Assembly (NCBI GenBank): GCA_022571295.1
Contig: JACZYA010000001.1
Location: 1-60,680, forward strand
Direction of reading: 5' to 3'
DNA from: Acidobacteriota bacterium
Lineage (GTDB): Bacteria > Acidobacteriota > Terriglobia > Acidiferrales > 2-02-FULL-67-57
Length of the DNA: 60,680 nucleotides
Both the position numbers and the translations under genes were made by a program. This document shows positions 35,680-44,424 of this stretch, one piece after another. The first letter of the stretch is position 1. The number at the start of each line of letters is the position of its first letter. Below the pieces are notes generated by a model that was given only the letters and a program-made list of their open reading frames with translations, made no database searches and had not been told where the DNA came from.

Positions 35680-35706
35680 TTCTTCTCTTTCTTCTCTTTC
35701 TTCTCT
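35680..35706. repeat. Three perfect tandem copies of a 9-nt pyrimidine unit (TTCTTCTCT; AGAGAAGAA on the coding strand)
   Basis: Read directly at 35680-35688, 35689-35697 and 35698-35706. It sits immediately upstream of, or within the 5' end of, the TolB-PHP gene. Confidence 0.9.
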
Positions 35707-35825
35707 ATCACAGCACACCTCGTGCGAAATTTTTCCTTTTATGCCGGCCCAGACTATCACTAACCAAAGTTAGCGAGTGAGATTGTCCCGGTCGGTTCAA
35801 CCCCGGCCGCGGCCAACCCGAGAGA

Positions 35826-37595
35826 TCATTGCTCAATTTCTTCGTGAACGGGCGCCACCGGAATTTCAGCAGGCTCAGGAGCGGGCTCGCGCAGAGTGAT
35901 GAATTGGTTGGCGCGTACATCGCGCAGAACAGACGTGGCCCCGCTCGGCCACCGGATTTGAATTTCGTCCACCTGCGCAGCCTTCCCCAGCCCGAAGTGC
36001 AGGCGCGGGTCGTGGCTGCCGAGGTAGCTGTCGCCGCTATGCACTTCGCGCAATTGCCACTGCGAGCCGGTCCGCAGCCGCACGCGGGCGCCCACGGCGT
36101 CGCGGTTCGATGCCGTTCCCACCAATGTTAGGGTGAGGAAATTCAGCTTGGGGCGAACCCGATTCCAGAGCAGCGTGGGTGGTTCGTCCAGATTGGTAAT
36201 GATGATGTCAAGAGCACCGTCGTTGTCGAGGTCGCCCCAGACGGCGCCGCGACTGACCGCCGGGGGCACGCCCAACCCGTCTTTGGCCACTTCTTGAAAC
36301 CGTCCGTTGCCGAGGTTGTGAAACAACTGGCTGCGTTGCCGGTAGCGCTGGGAGCCAGCGCTGGTGTCGATCTGCGGATATACGTGGCCGTTGACGACGA
36401 ACAGATCAAGCCAGCCGTCGTTGTCCACGTCAAAAAAGAAAGTGCCCCAACCCACGTAAGGGATAGTGGCAGGCCCTAAGCCTGCCCGGAAGGTGTTATC
36501 CAAAAAGTTCATTCCACCTTCATTGCGGTAGAGTGTATTGGTGTCATCGGCGAAATTGGTTACGTACACTGCAACCTCTCCCTTGTTCTCATAGTCGCCA
36601 CACGCGACGCCCATCCCGCTTTGCTCTTCTCCCTGCGCACTCACCGCAACACCGCTCAGGAAGCCTGTTTCTTCAAAGCTTCCGTCACCTCGATTGCGGT
36701 ACAGGTAATTCGGGTTGGTATCGTTGGCCACGTACAGATCGGGGCGGCCATCGTCATCGAAGTCGCACCACATGGCGCCCAAACCGTAGTATTCCTCGGT
36801 ATCGCTGACGCCGGCTTCCTGGCTCACGTCAGTGAAGGTTCCGTCGCTGTTGTTGCGAAAAAGCGTGTCCCCCGCGCCCGGCAAACCCGAGGGGCCGCAC
36901 ATCACCGGAACACCTTCGTGCAGGCAGCCCCGGCCGCCGGCCATGGTGCCAAACTCGGTGCTGCCGGGCTCGGGCAAGTTCGTTCGGTCCAATTCAATGT
37001 AGTTCGCCACGAATAGGTCGAGCGATCCGTCGCCATTGAAGTCCGCCCAGGCCGAGCCCGTGGACCAGCGGGGATCGTCCACTCCTGCGGTGGTGGTGGC
37101 GTCCTCAAACCGTCCATTCCCCAAGTTGCGGTAGAGGATATTGGGACCATAGTTGGCAGTATAGAGGTCAGGCCAACCGTCGTTGTCGTAGTCAGCCACG
37201 GAGCAACCGAATCCCCAACTGCCGTTGCCTGCCACCCCGGTTTCCTGGGTGACGTCGCGGAAGGTGCGGTCACCCTGATTGCGGAAGAGCGCATTGCGCA
37301 GCCCGGAGTCAGACCCGTTCCGAAAGCTCTCGACCGTCCCGCCGTTGACGAGATAGACGTCCAAGAGGCCATCCTGGTCATAGTCAATCAGGCAAACGCC
37401 TCCGCCCATGGCTTCAAAGATGTAGTGCTTGTCCGCGGACCCGCTAACCAGGGTGAAGGCGCGCAGCCCGCTGGCTTCCGTTCCATCCTCGAACGCGATC
37501 TCGAGGGTGTCACCTTGGCTAGTGGCGCTCTGCGCACAGGGCAGCAAACAGACCGCGAGTGGCAGCCCACAGGTTAGGAGGGAAATTAAGCGCAT
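35826..37595 (-). CDS. CRTAC1-family protein (FG-GAP/VCBS repeats plus ASPIC/UnbV domain)
   Basis: 589 aa with a signal peptide. Repeated D-x-D/N-x-DG-x-D motifs (DYDQDGLLDVY, DYDNDGWPDLY, DFNGDGSLDLF...). The C-terminus reads RDAVGARVRLRTG...SGDSYLGSHDPRLHFGLG. Confidence 0.85.
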   Translation of the reverse strand: MRLISLLTCGLPLAVCLLPCAQSATSQGDTLEIAFEDGTEASGLRAFTLVSGSADKHYIFEAMGGGVCLIDYDQDGLLDVYLVNGGTVESFRNGSDSGLRNALFRNQGDRTFRDVTQETGVAGNGSWGFGCSVADYDNDGWPDLYTANYGPNILYRNLGNGRFEDATTTAGVDDPRWSTGSAWADFNGDGSLDLFVANYIELDRTNLPEPGSTEFGTMAGGRGCLHEGVPVMCGPSGLPGAGDTLFRNNSDGTFTDVSQEAGVSDTEEYYGLGAMWCDFDDDGRPDLYVANDTNPNYLYRNRGDGSFEETGFLSGVAVSAQGEEQSGMGVACGDYENKGEVAVYVTNFADDTNTLYRNEGGMNFLDNTFRAGLGPATIPYVGWGTFFFDVDNDGWLDLFVVNGHVYPQIDTSAGSQRYRQRSQLFHNLGNGRFQEVAKDGLGVPPAVSRGAVWGDLDNDGALDIIITNLDEPPTLLWNRVRPKLNFLTLTLVGTASNRDAVGARVRLRTGSQWQLREVHSGDSYLGSHDPRLHFGLGKAAQVDEIQIRWPSGATSVLRDVRANQFITLREPAPEPAEIPVAPVHEEIEQ

Positions 37596-37764
37596 GGGTT
37601 TCTTACCCTAGCATCCAGTTCTTGATCCTGCAATAGACTCAGACAGCAGTCGGCAGGATACTACTAAGCGGTTAGATTCAGACCGGTCAAGGATTGCAGA
37701 CCCGCAGGATTTGTTCTAGTCTGGTTGTCTTCTTTGTTACCGGGGAGCGCCAAGCGAGGGATTT

Positions 37765-39510
37765 GTGTTGAGAGCAGCCCAAAGCAGAACTGGTTTTCCT
37801 ATCGTCCGCCTGCGGGTGGTCGCAGGAGTTGGGGTGGCTTTGCTGCTGGCCTTTGCAGGACAGCTATTCCCGGCACAGTCCCAGCAGTTGCCGAGGCAAG
37901 CGACCGACCAGTTTCGGCAGGCCATCGAACACCTGCGCGCACAGCACTATGCGGCAGCCGAACCGTTGCTGAGCCAGCTTGTGCGCCAGTTTCCGGAGCA
38001 CGTTGACTTGCAGGAAGCTCTGGCCATCGTGCTGGCCGCGCAAGGAAAGTCCCAGGCGGCGCTTCCGCATTTCGAGAAGGTGGTGCAATTGAAGCCGGAC
38101 TGGGCGCGGGCGCGACAAAACCTGGGCGCCCATTACCTTCAGCTCGGAAACTTGGCCGCAGCCGAGCGCGAGTTTCAGCAGGCGCTTTCGCTTGAGCCGG
38201 ATAACGCCAACGCCCATTTCAATTTGGGGTCGCTCTACTTGTCCCAGCAGCAGTTCGGCGACGCGCTGCCCCACTTGCAGCGCGCCTACCAGCGCCAGCC
38301 CGACAGGGCTGAGAACGCCTACAAACTGGCCCTGTGCTACTTCTTCCTGCGCCGGCACGAGGAAGCCGGCAAGCTGCTGGCGGCGCTGGAGCCGCAGGCG
38401 CGGGAACAGGCTGAGGTTCTGCTCCTTCTGGGGCTGAATCACGCAGCGCTCGGGCACGAGGCGGACGCGAAAAGCGCTTTCGACCGGGCGCTCCGCCAAC
38501 TGCCCTCTTCCCCCGAAATCTACGAGACTCTGGGGCAGATGTTTTTCGGGCTGGGCCTGCACGCCGAGGCCGTTCCGGTGTTCGAGCGCGCTTTTGAGAA
38601 CAATCCTGACTCCTACCCGGTGGCGTATGCCCTGGCGCTGGCGTACCAGGGAGCCGGCCAGTGGGAGAAGGCTCGCAGTGCGGCGCAAAGGGCTTTGGAG
38701 AAATGGGAGACCGCCGATCTGCACCACTTGCTGGCAGGAGTGAACGAGGAATTGGGGAGCTACGTCGAAGCGGTGCAGCACTTCCGGCGAGCCGCCGAGA
38801 TTGATTCCTCTGAGCGCAATATCTATGACCTGGGGTATGAGTACCTGGTTCATTGGACGTGGGACGAAGCCGCCGCCGTATTTGAAAGCGGCTTGCGGTT
38901 ATATCCCCAATCGGAGCGCCTCTGGTTGGGGTTGGCTGCCTCCTCCTACTCGCAGGGAGATTTCGATCAGGCTCTCCAAACCCTGTTGCGGGCTGCCGAG
39001 GCGGCGCCCGACAGCGTCATGCCCTACAACTTTATGATTGCCGCCTTCCCACGGGCCAGCGGCCATACCGAAGCCGTGCAGCAGCGGCTGCGGCAGTTTC
39101 AGCAGCGGCATCCCGACAATCCCTGGGCCAACTACTACTACGGTTTCAGCCTCGCCCAGAACCCTGGCCGGAGTCCGAACGAAGAGGAATTGGCAGAAGC
39201 AGTGCGGTTGTTCCGGCGAGCCATTGCCCTACAGCCGGACCTGTCGGAAGCCCACTACCAACTGGGCCTGCTCCTGTTCGAGCAGCGGCAGTGGCGCGAG
39301 GCGGTCCCTGCACTCGAGGCGGCCGTCAGAGTCAAGCCGGACTTCGTGGAAGCCCACTACCGGCTGGCGCTGGCCTATCGAAGGACGGGAAGCTCCGCCG
39401 AGGCGCAGGCAACCCTGGCCCGCTATCGGGTGCTGAAAGAAAAGCGGGATGCAGAACTCGACCGCCGCACCGCGCAAACCACCAAGTTCATCTACAAGCC
39501 CAAGCCGTAG
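37765..39510 (+). CDS. Tetratricopeptide-repeat (TPR) protein with N-terminal signal or anchor
   Basis: 581 aa with a GTG start. It has many 34-aa A/Y/L-patterned repeats (AHFNLGSLYLSQQQFGDALPHLQRA, AHYQLGLLLFEQRQWREAVPALEAA...). It is divergent from the CRTAC1 gene. Confidence 0.85.
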   Translation: MLRAAQSRTGFPIVRLRVVAGVGVALLLAFAGQLFPAQSQQLPRQATDQFRQAIEHLRAQHYAAAEPLLSQLVRQFPEHVDLQEALAIVLAAQGKSQAALPHFEKVVQLKPDWARARQNLGAHYLQLGNLAAAEREFQQALSLEPDNANAHFNLGSLYLSQQQFGDALPHLQRAYQRQPDRAENAYKLALCYFFLRRHEEAGKLLAALEPQAREQAEVLLLLGLNHAALGHEADAKSAFDRALRQLPSSPEIYETLGQMFFGLGLHAEAVPVFERAFENNPDSYPVAYALALAYQGAGQWEKARSAAQRALEKWETADLHHLLAGVNEELGSYVEAVQHFRRAAEIDSSERNIYDLGYEYLVHWTWDEAAAVFESGLRLYPQSERLWLGLAASSYSQGDFDQALQTLLRAAEAAPDSVMPYNFMIAAFPRASGHTEAVQQRLRQFQQRHPDNPWANYYYGFSLAQNPGRSPNEEELAEAVRLFRRAIALQPDLSEAHYQLGLLLFEQRQWREAVPALEAAVRVKPDFVEAHYRLALAYRRTGSSAEAQATLARYRVLKEKRDAELDRRTAQTTKFIYKPKP

Positions 39511-39521
39511 CAGGAGAAAGA

Positions 39522-40448
39522 TTGACCGACCTAGTCACAGCCGGAGAGTTCTACTTCGATCTGATTTTCCATCACCTCCCGCGCCTGCCCCGTTTGGGCG
39601 AGGAATTGAAGACGGAAAACTTCGGCCTGGCGCTGGGGGGCGGCGCGGTGATCACGGCGTTGACAGCCGCCCGGCTGGGTCGCACAGTCGATCTCGTCAG
39701 TGTCATCGGCGACAGCGCGCTTGATTGGTTTGCGCGTGCCGAGCTGAAGCGGGCGGGGGTCGGTACGAAATACCTGAAGGAGAAAAAGAATACCATAGGG
39801 GGCCTGACGGTCGCGGTTTCGGTGCGGCGCGACCGCTACTTCCTGACTTATCTCGGTGCCAACCTTCTGGTGGAGCGCTACCTGCTCTCGTCCTCGGTGC
39901 GCAAGCGGCTGGGCCGGGCGCGGCATGTGCACTTTGCGTTGTCGCCGCGACGCTGGGAGCCGTTCTCCCGGCTGGCAGCATGGTTGCGGGGCCGCGGCGT
40001 CACCACCTCTTGGGACCTGGGCTGGAACCCGGAAACGGCGCGGCAGCCGGGCTTTCGTCGCTTGAACGCTTTGCTGGATGTTGTCTTCTTCAACCAGGAC
40101 GAAGCGCTGCGGTATTCGGGTCGGTCAACCCCGGCAGCAGCCCTGGGCCGCCTGGCTCAGCCCGGCCAGTGTGTTGTGATCAAGCTCGGAGCCAGGGGAG
40201 CGGTGGCCATTGGGCCGGACGGCCGCCGGCGACGGGCCCGCGGCCTGAAGGTGCGGGCCATCGAAACCACCGGTGCCGGTGATGCCTTTAACGGCGGCTT
40301 CCTGCACGCCTGGGTTCAGGGAGCCGACCTGGCCGCTTGCTTGCGCACGGGAAATATTTGCGGCGCGCTTTCCACTCGGGTTCCGGGCGGGAACGCCGGC
40401 ACGCCCACGCGCGCGGAACTGGCCCGCCATTTGAGGAGACTTCGATGA
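39522..40448 (+). CDS. PfkB-family carbohydrate kinase (ribokinase-like)
   Basis: TTG start behind GGAG. C-terminal PfkB signature ETTGAGDAFNGGFL. The ORF-track 5' extension overlaps the TPR gene and is not credible. Confidence 0.8.
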   Translation: MTDLVTAGEFYFDLIFHHLPRLPRLGEELKTENFGLALGGGAVITALTAARLGRTVDLVSVIGDSALDWFARAELKRAGVGTKYLKEKKNTIGGLTVAVSVRRDRYFLTYLGANLLVERYLLSSSVRKRLGRARHVHFALSPRRWEPFSRLAAWLRGRGVTTSWDLGWNPETARQPGFRRLNALLDVVFFNQDEALRYSGRSTPAAALGRLAQPGQCVVIKLGARGAVAIGPDGRRRRARGLKVRAIETTGAGDAFNGGFLHAWVQGADLAACLRTGNICGALSTRVPGGNAGTPTRAELARHLRRLR

Positions 40449-41812
40449 AAGTAGCCGTTCTGGGCGGTGCCGGCACGCGCGTGCCGCTGCTGGTGCTGGG
40501 GTTGTTGCGCTTTCACCAAGAGTTGCGCACCGAGGAGGTGGCGCTGTGGGATGTGAACAATGAGCGCGGGCCCGCCATCGAGCGCCTGTGCCGGGCGCTG
40601 ACCCGGCGCTACCAGATTCCGCTCCGGATCCATTCTGCCCGCACGGTGGAAGAGGCGCTGGAAGGAGCCGCGTTTGTTATTTGCAGCATTCGAGTGGGGG
40701 GCGCAGCCAGCCGCATCGCGGATGAGACCATTGCTTTGTCCCACGGGGTCTTGGGGCAGGAGACGGTGGGTCCGGGCGGTTGGGCGATGGCGCTACGGAC
40801 GATTCCACCCGTGCTGGACTACGTGCGCACAATGGAGCGGGTTGCGCCGCACGCATGGCTGCTGAATTTCACCAACCCGGTCGGCATTGTTCTGCAAGCG
40901 GTGGTTGGGTGCGGCGGCCAGCGCGTCATCGGCGTGTGCGACACGCCCCGGGAGATGTTCGAATTAGTGGCCAAGGAGTTACAGGTGGAGAGCCGCGAGG
41001 CATTCTTCGATTACTTCGGCTTGAACCACCTGGGTTGGGTGCGACGCGTGATGGTAAACGGGCGGGACGTGCTGGCTCCGGCCTTCGCGCAGCCGGAGCG
41101 ACTGGCGCGCTTCTATCACGTGCCGCTGTTCGAGCCCGCTTTCCTGCAAGAGCTGGGCCTGTTGCCGAGCGAATATGTGTATTTCTACTACCGCAGCCGG
41201 GAGGCGGTCGAGAAGATTCGCGCGCAGGCGACCACCAGAGGCAGGATGGTGGATGAGCAGGAAAAAGAGCTGTTTGCGCAGTTGGGAAGCAACGGCGACG
41301 ATCCAGAGAAAATCCTGCCGGCCTACGAAAACTATTTGGTGCGTCGCGACGCCACCTACTTCCGCCTCGAAACCGGCGCCGCCGTCCGCGAGCAGGACGT
41401 GGAAAAAGCCCGGCGGGAACTTTACGAGCGGGCGGCCGGGTACGAGCGCATTGCCGTGGACGTCATGCGCGCCATCCGCACCAATCAACCTATGGTGATG
41501 CCGGTGGACGTGGCCAACCAGGGTTCGATCGAAGGGTTGGCCGCCGAAGACGCGGTCGAGGTGCCCTGCGTCATTGACGGCAACGGCGCGCACCCGCTGG
41601 CGGTGGGAACGTTGCCAGCCGCGGTGCGCTCTCTGTTCTTACAGGTGAAGGAGTATGAGCGGCTGACGGTGCAGGCGGCGGTGGAAGGCTCAGCCGCGCG
41701 CGCGGCGGAAGCCCTGGCGGCCAACCCGCTCGTCGCCGACCGGTCGCTGGCGGAGAAGATGACAGCAGAGTACCGGGCCGCCCACCGGCCCTGGCTCGAC
41801 TACCTGCGCTAG
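40445..41812 (+). CDS. Glycoside hydrolase family 4 (NAD/Mn-dependent 6-phospho-glycosidase-like)
   Basis: The ATG overlaps the kinase stop (ATGA). MKVAVLGGAGTRVP is a Rossmann start; NFTNPVG and GVCDTP motifs follow. Confidence 0.8.
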   Translation: MKVAVLGGAGTRVPLLVLGLLRFHQELRTEEVALWDVNNERGPAIERLCRALTRRYQIPLRIHSARTVEEALEGAAFVICSIRVGGAASRIADETIALSHGVLGQETVGPGGWAMALRTIPPVLDYVRTMERVAPHAWLLNFTNPVGIVLQAVVGCGGQRVIGVCDTPREMFELVAKELQVESREAFFDYFGLNHLGWVRRVMVNGRDVLAPAFAQPERLARFYHVPLFEPAFLQELGLLPSEYVYFYYRSREAVEKIRAQATTRGRMVDEQEKELFAQLGSNGDDPEKILPAYENYLVRRDATYFRLETGAAVREQDVEKARRELYERAAGYERIAVDVMRAIRTNQPMVMPVDVANQGSIEGLAAEDAVEVPCVIDGNGAHPLAVGTLPAAVRSLFLQVKEYERLTVQAAVEGSAARAAEALAANPLVADRSLAEKMTAEYRAAHRPWLDYLR

Positions 41813-41877
41813 AGCCTCTGATTTCCTGCCTGCTGGCGTTTCCTTACTTTATCTCTTCATCCCAGCCGGATGGTCAC

Positions 41878-44118
41878 TCATGGCCAAGTGGGCAGATTTT
41901 CCGGTCCCGGTATGTGATTGTGGGCCATATAGTTCCCCCAGGTGGAGGGCTTGGCGCCCATCTGCAACTCCAAGCGGCCACCGCGTGCGATCTCTGCATG
42001 CAGCAACCAAGCGCGGCTCAAAGGTTGGCCGTTGAGCCGTGCCGACTGCACGTATTTGTTGGTCTCTGACGTCTCGGAGGCTTCTATGATGAAAGTCTTG
42101 CCTCCCCCCAAGTCTATGCGTGTGCGGCGAAAAATCGGACTGCCAATGTAATAGTAGGGCTGCCCGGCATTGGGGTAGAGTCCGATGGCGCCCCACACAT
42201 ACCACGAAGACATTGTCCCTGCGTCGTCGTTTCCGGGAAGGCCGTCACGCCCGGTGCCATACTCGGTGGCCAGCAGGTGCCGCACACGCTCGGCGGTGCG
42301 GTCAGGCCGTCCGGCGTGGATATACAAGTAGGGCGCGAGGATGTCGGGCTCGTTCCCCTGATTGTAGATTCCCTGATCGAAGAACTGGTCGAGCCATTGC
42401 AGGAAGCCGCGCTCGCCACCCAACAGGAGAATCAGAGCCCGCACATCGTGCGGGACGTAGGTGGAATACTGCCAGCCGTTGCCTTCGTAGAAGGGCGCCT
42501 CCCAGTAGCTGTACTGCTTATCGGGATAGCCGTGCGTGCGCGAGAAGGGCTCCAACCAGCGGCCATCGGCGTAGCGGGGCCGGACGGAGCGAATCTCCGG
42601 GTCCCACAAATTCATCCAGTTCTTGGATCGTTCCAGGTATTTGCGATATTCCTCCATGTGACCCAGGGCCTTCGCCACCTGCGCAAGGCAGAAGTCGTTG
42701 TAAGCGTATTCCATGGTGCGCGAGGCCGAGCGGGCGTGCCTGAGGCTCAGGTAGCCCAGCCGCTTGTACTCAGCCACTTCGCGCCCTTCGTGCAGCGGGC
42801 GCGGGGAGTCAACCTCGGCATTCTTCACCATTGCCTCATAGGCTTTTTGGTAGTCGATGCCGGTCAGGCCTTTGGCCAGCGCATCGGCAATCAGGACATC
42901 GCTGTTTGAGCCCCCCTGGGTCATGCCGTTGGCGCCGGCGATGCGCGCGTCGGGCATCCACCCGGTGTGCACGTAGGTGTCGATGAGCGAGCGCACCATG
43001 TCCCGCTGGCGTTCGGGCTGAATCAGCGTGAGCAAGGGGTGGAGCGTGCGGAAGGTGTCCCAGAGGCAGTAGAAGTCCTCGTAGTGCGGCTCGTCCGACT
43101 CCCACCAGACGTTTTCTCCCGTCAGATCGTGCGGCATGAAGTGGGAGTGATAGAGGGCGGTGTAGAAGATTTTGCGCTGTGCTTCAGTCCCGCCTTCCAC
43201 CACCAACTTTCCGAGCGCTTGTTCCCACACTGCCTCCGCCTGACGTCGCACGGCATCAAAGTCCCAATCGAGAATCTCCCCTTCGAGATTGGCGCGCGCT
43301 TTTGCGATGCTTACGAAGGAGACGCCGACCTTCAGGCGCACAACCTGATCGCGCCGGGTGTCGAAGGTGGCAAAGGCGCCCACGCGTTCGCCCTGGGCAG
43401 AGGTCGCCCCCTGCTGGAACTTCTCTCCCTTCCAGGTACCGGCGGCGGTGAACGGCCGGTCGAACTCAGCGGCGAAGTGCAGGGTGTAGGGCGCGGGATT
43501 CCACCCGCCGGTGAAACGCCCGGTGCCTTCGATGCGATTGGGAGCAACGACGCGCACCGTGCAATCCAGCGGCTTCTGGCTCCACGGTCTTTCACGCCGC
43601 CCCGGACGAACCACGGAACTCACATCGATCAGTATGTGAGCCTGCTTCGTGGGCGGAAAAGTGTAGCGATGCATCCCGGCCAGGCGGGTAGCTGTCAATT
43701 CAGCGCTGACATCGTGCCGCGTCAACGTCACACTGTAGTAGCCGGGCGAAGCCGTTTCCTCCGCCTTGGGCGAGCCGAGATCGGTGGTTCGCAATTTGCC
43801 TACAATTGGGGTAGTGAGAAAGTTGCCGTACTTGCTGGCGCCGCCCGTACCGCTGACATGCGTATGGCTGAATCCGATAATTTCCTCGGTTGATCTGTAG
43901 CCGGAGGTTCCGTGCTTAGTCGTGTCAGGGCTGAGGCTGACAAAACCGAAAGGGACTCCCGCCCCGGGCACAATGTTGCCCCCTTTGTCCACGCCGATGA
44001 ATGGGTCTGCCTGTGCGACCAGCGGGTGTGGTGCAACCGGCTCCTTACTCCTGAGCGGCGCGTCAGCCACAGGCACAGCAAAGATGAGTATCGAGACGAG
44101 AATGCTAAGCTTCCTCAT
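41878..44118 (-). CDS. Glycoside hydrolase family 92 (alpha-mannosidase-like), secreted
   Basis: 746 aa with a signal peptide. GH92 hallmark GFSHTHVSGTGG, with a conserved C-terminal catalytic region. Confidence 0.85.
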   Translation of the reverse strand: MRKLSILVSILIFAVPVADAPLRSKEPVAPHPLVAQADPFIGVDKGGNIVPGAGVPFGFVSLSPDTTKHGTSGYRSTEEIIGFSHTHVSGTGGASKYGNFLTTPIVGKLRTTDLGSPKAEETASPGYYSVTLTRHDVSAELTATRLAGMHRYTFPPTKQAHILIDVSSVVRPGRRERPWSQKPLDCTVRVVAPNRIEGTGRFTGGWNPAPYTLHFAAEFDRPFTAAGTWKGEKFQQGATSAQGERVGAFATFDTRRDQVVRLKVGVSFVSIAKARANLEGEILDWDFDAVRRQAEAVWEQALGKLVVEGGTEAQRKIFYTALYHSHFMPHDLTGENVWWESDEPHYEDFYCLWDTFRTLHPLLTLIQPERQRDMVRSLIDTYVHTGWMPDARIAGANGMTQGGSNSDVLIADALAKGLTGIDYQKAYEAMVKNAEVDSPRPLHEGREVAEYKRLGYLSLRHARSASRTMEYAYNDFCLAQVAKALGHMEEYRKYLERSKNWMNLWDPEIRSVRPRYADGRWLEPFSRTHGYPDKQYSYWEAPFYEGNGWQYSTYVPHDVRALILLLGGERGFLQWLDQFFDQGIYNQGNEPDILAPYLYIHAGRPDRTAERVRHLLATEYGTGRDGLPGNDDAGTMSSWYVWGAIGLYPNAGQPYYYIGSPIFRRTRIDLGGGKTFIIEASETSETNKYVQSARLNGQPLSRAWLLHAEIARGGRLELQMGAKPSTWGNYMAHNHIPGPENLPTWP

Positions 44119-44350
44119 GGCAAACCCCTCCTCCCCGGCTTGCGGCCGCCGCGCTGACCATCCCGGTTCTGCTCCACTGTGTTCTCTCTTGCAAGTACGG
44201 GAACTTTACCTTCAGGTGATCCTACGCTTTGTACCCATTCAGGTGGATTGTCAAGCAGACCTCCTCGCCTTCCATTCGGAAGCGAGTTGGGGCGACTTTT
44301 ATGTTTTCGGCGGGCGTTTTTCAATTCATGCTTGCCCAGTCCAATGCTCT

Positions 44351-44379
44351 CTCCAGCAGGTGGCTACGCCCTGCTGGAG
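44351..44379 (-). terminator. 10-bp perfect stem hairpin downstream of the PIG-L gene
   Basis: CTCCAGCAGG-TGGCTACGC-CCTGCTGGAG, 46 nt past the stop at 44425. No strong U-run. Confidence 0.35.
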
Positions 44380-44424
44380 TTGGAGTGGCGGCTTGTCCGA
44401 GTTTGCCTGACTGCCCGGTTGTGT

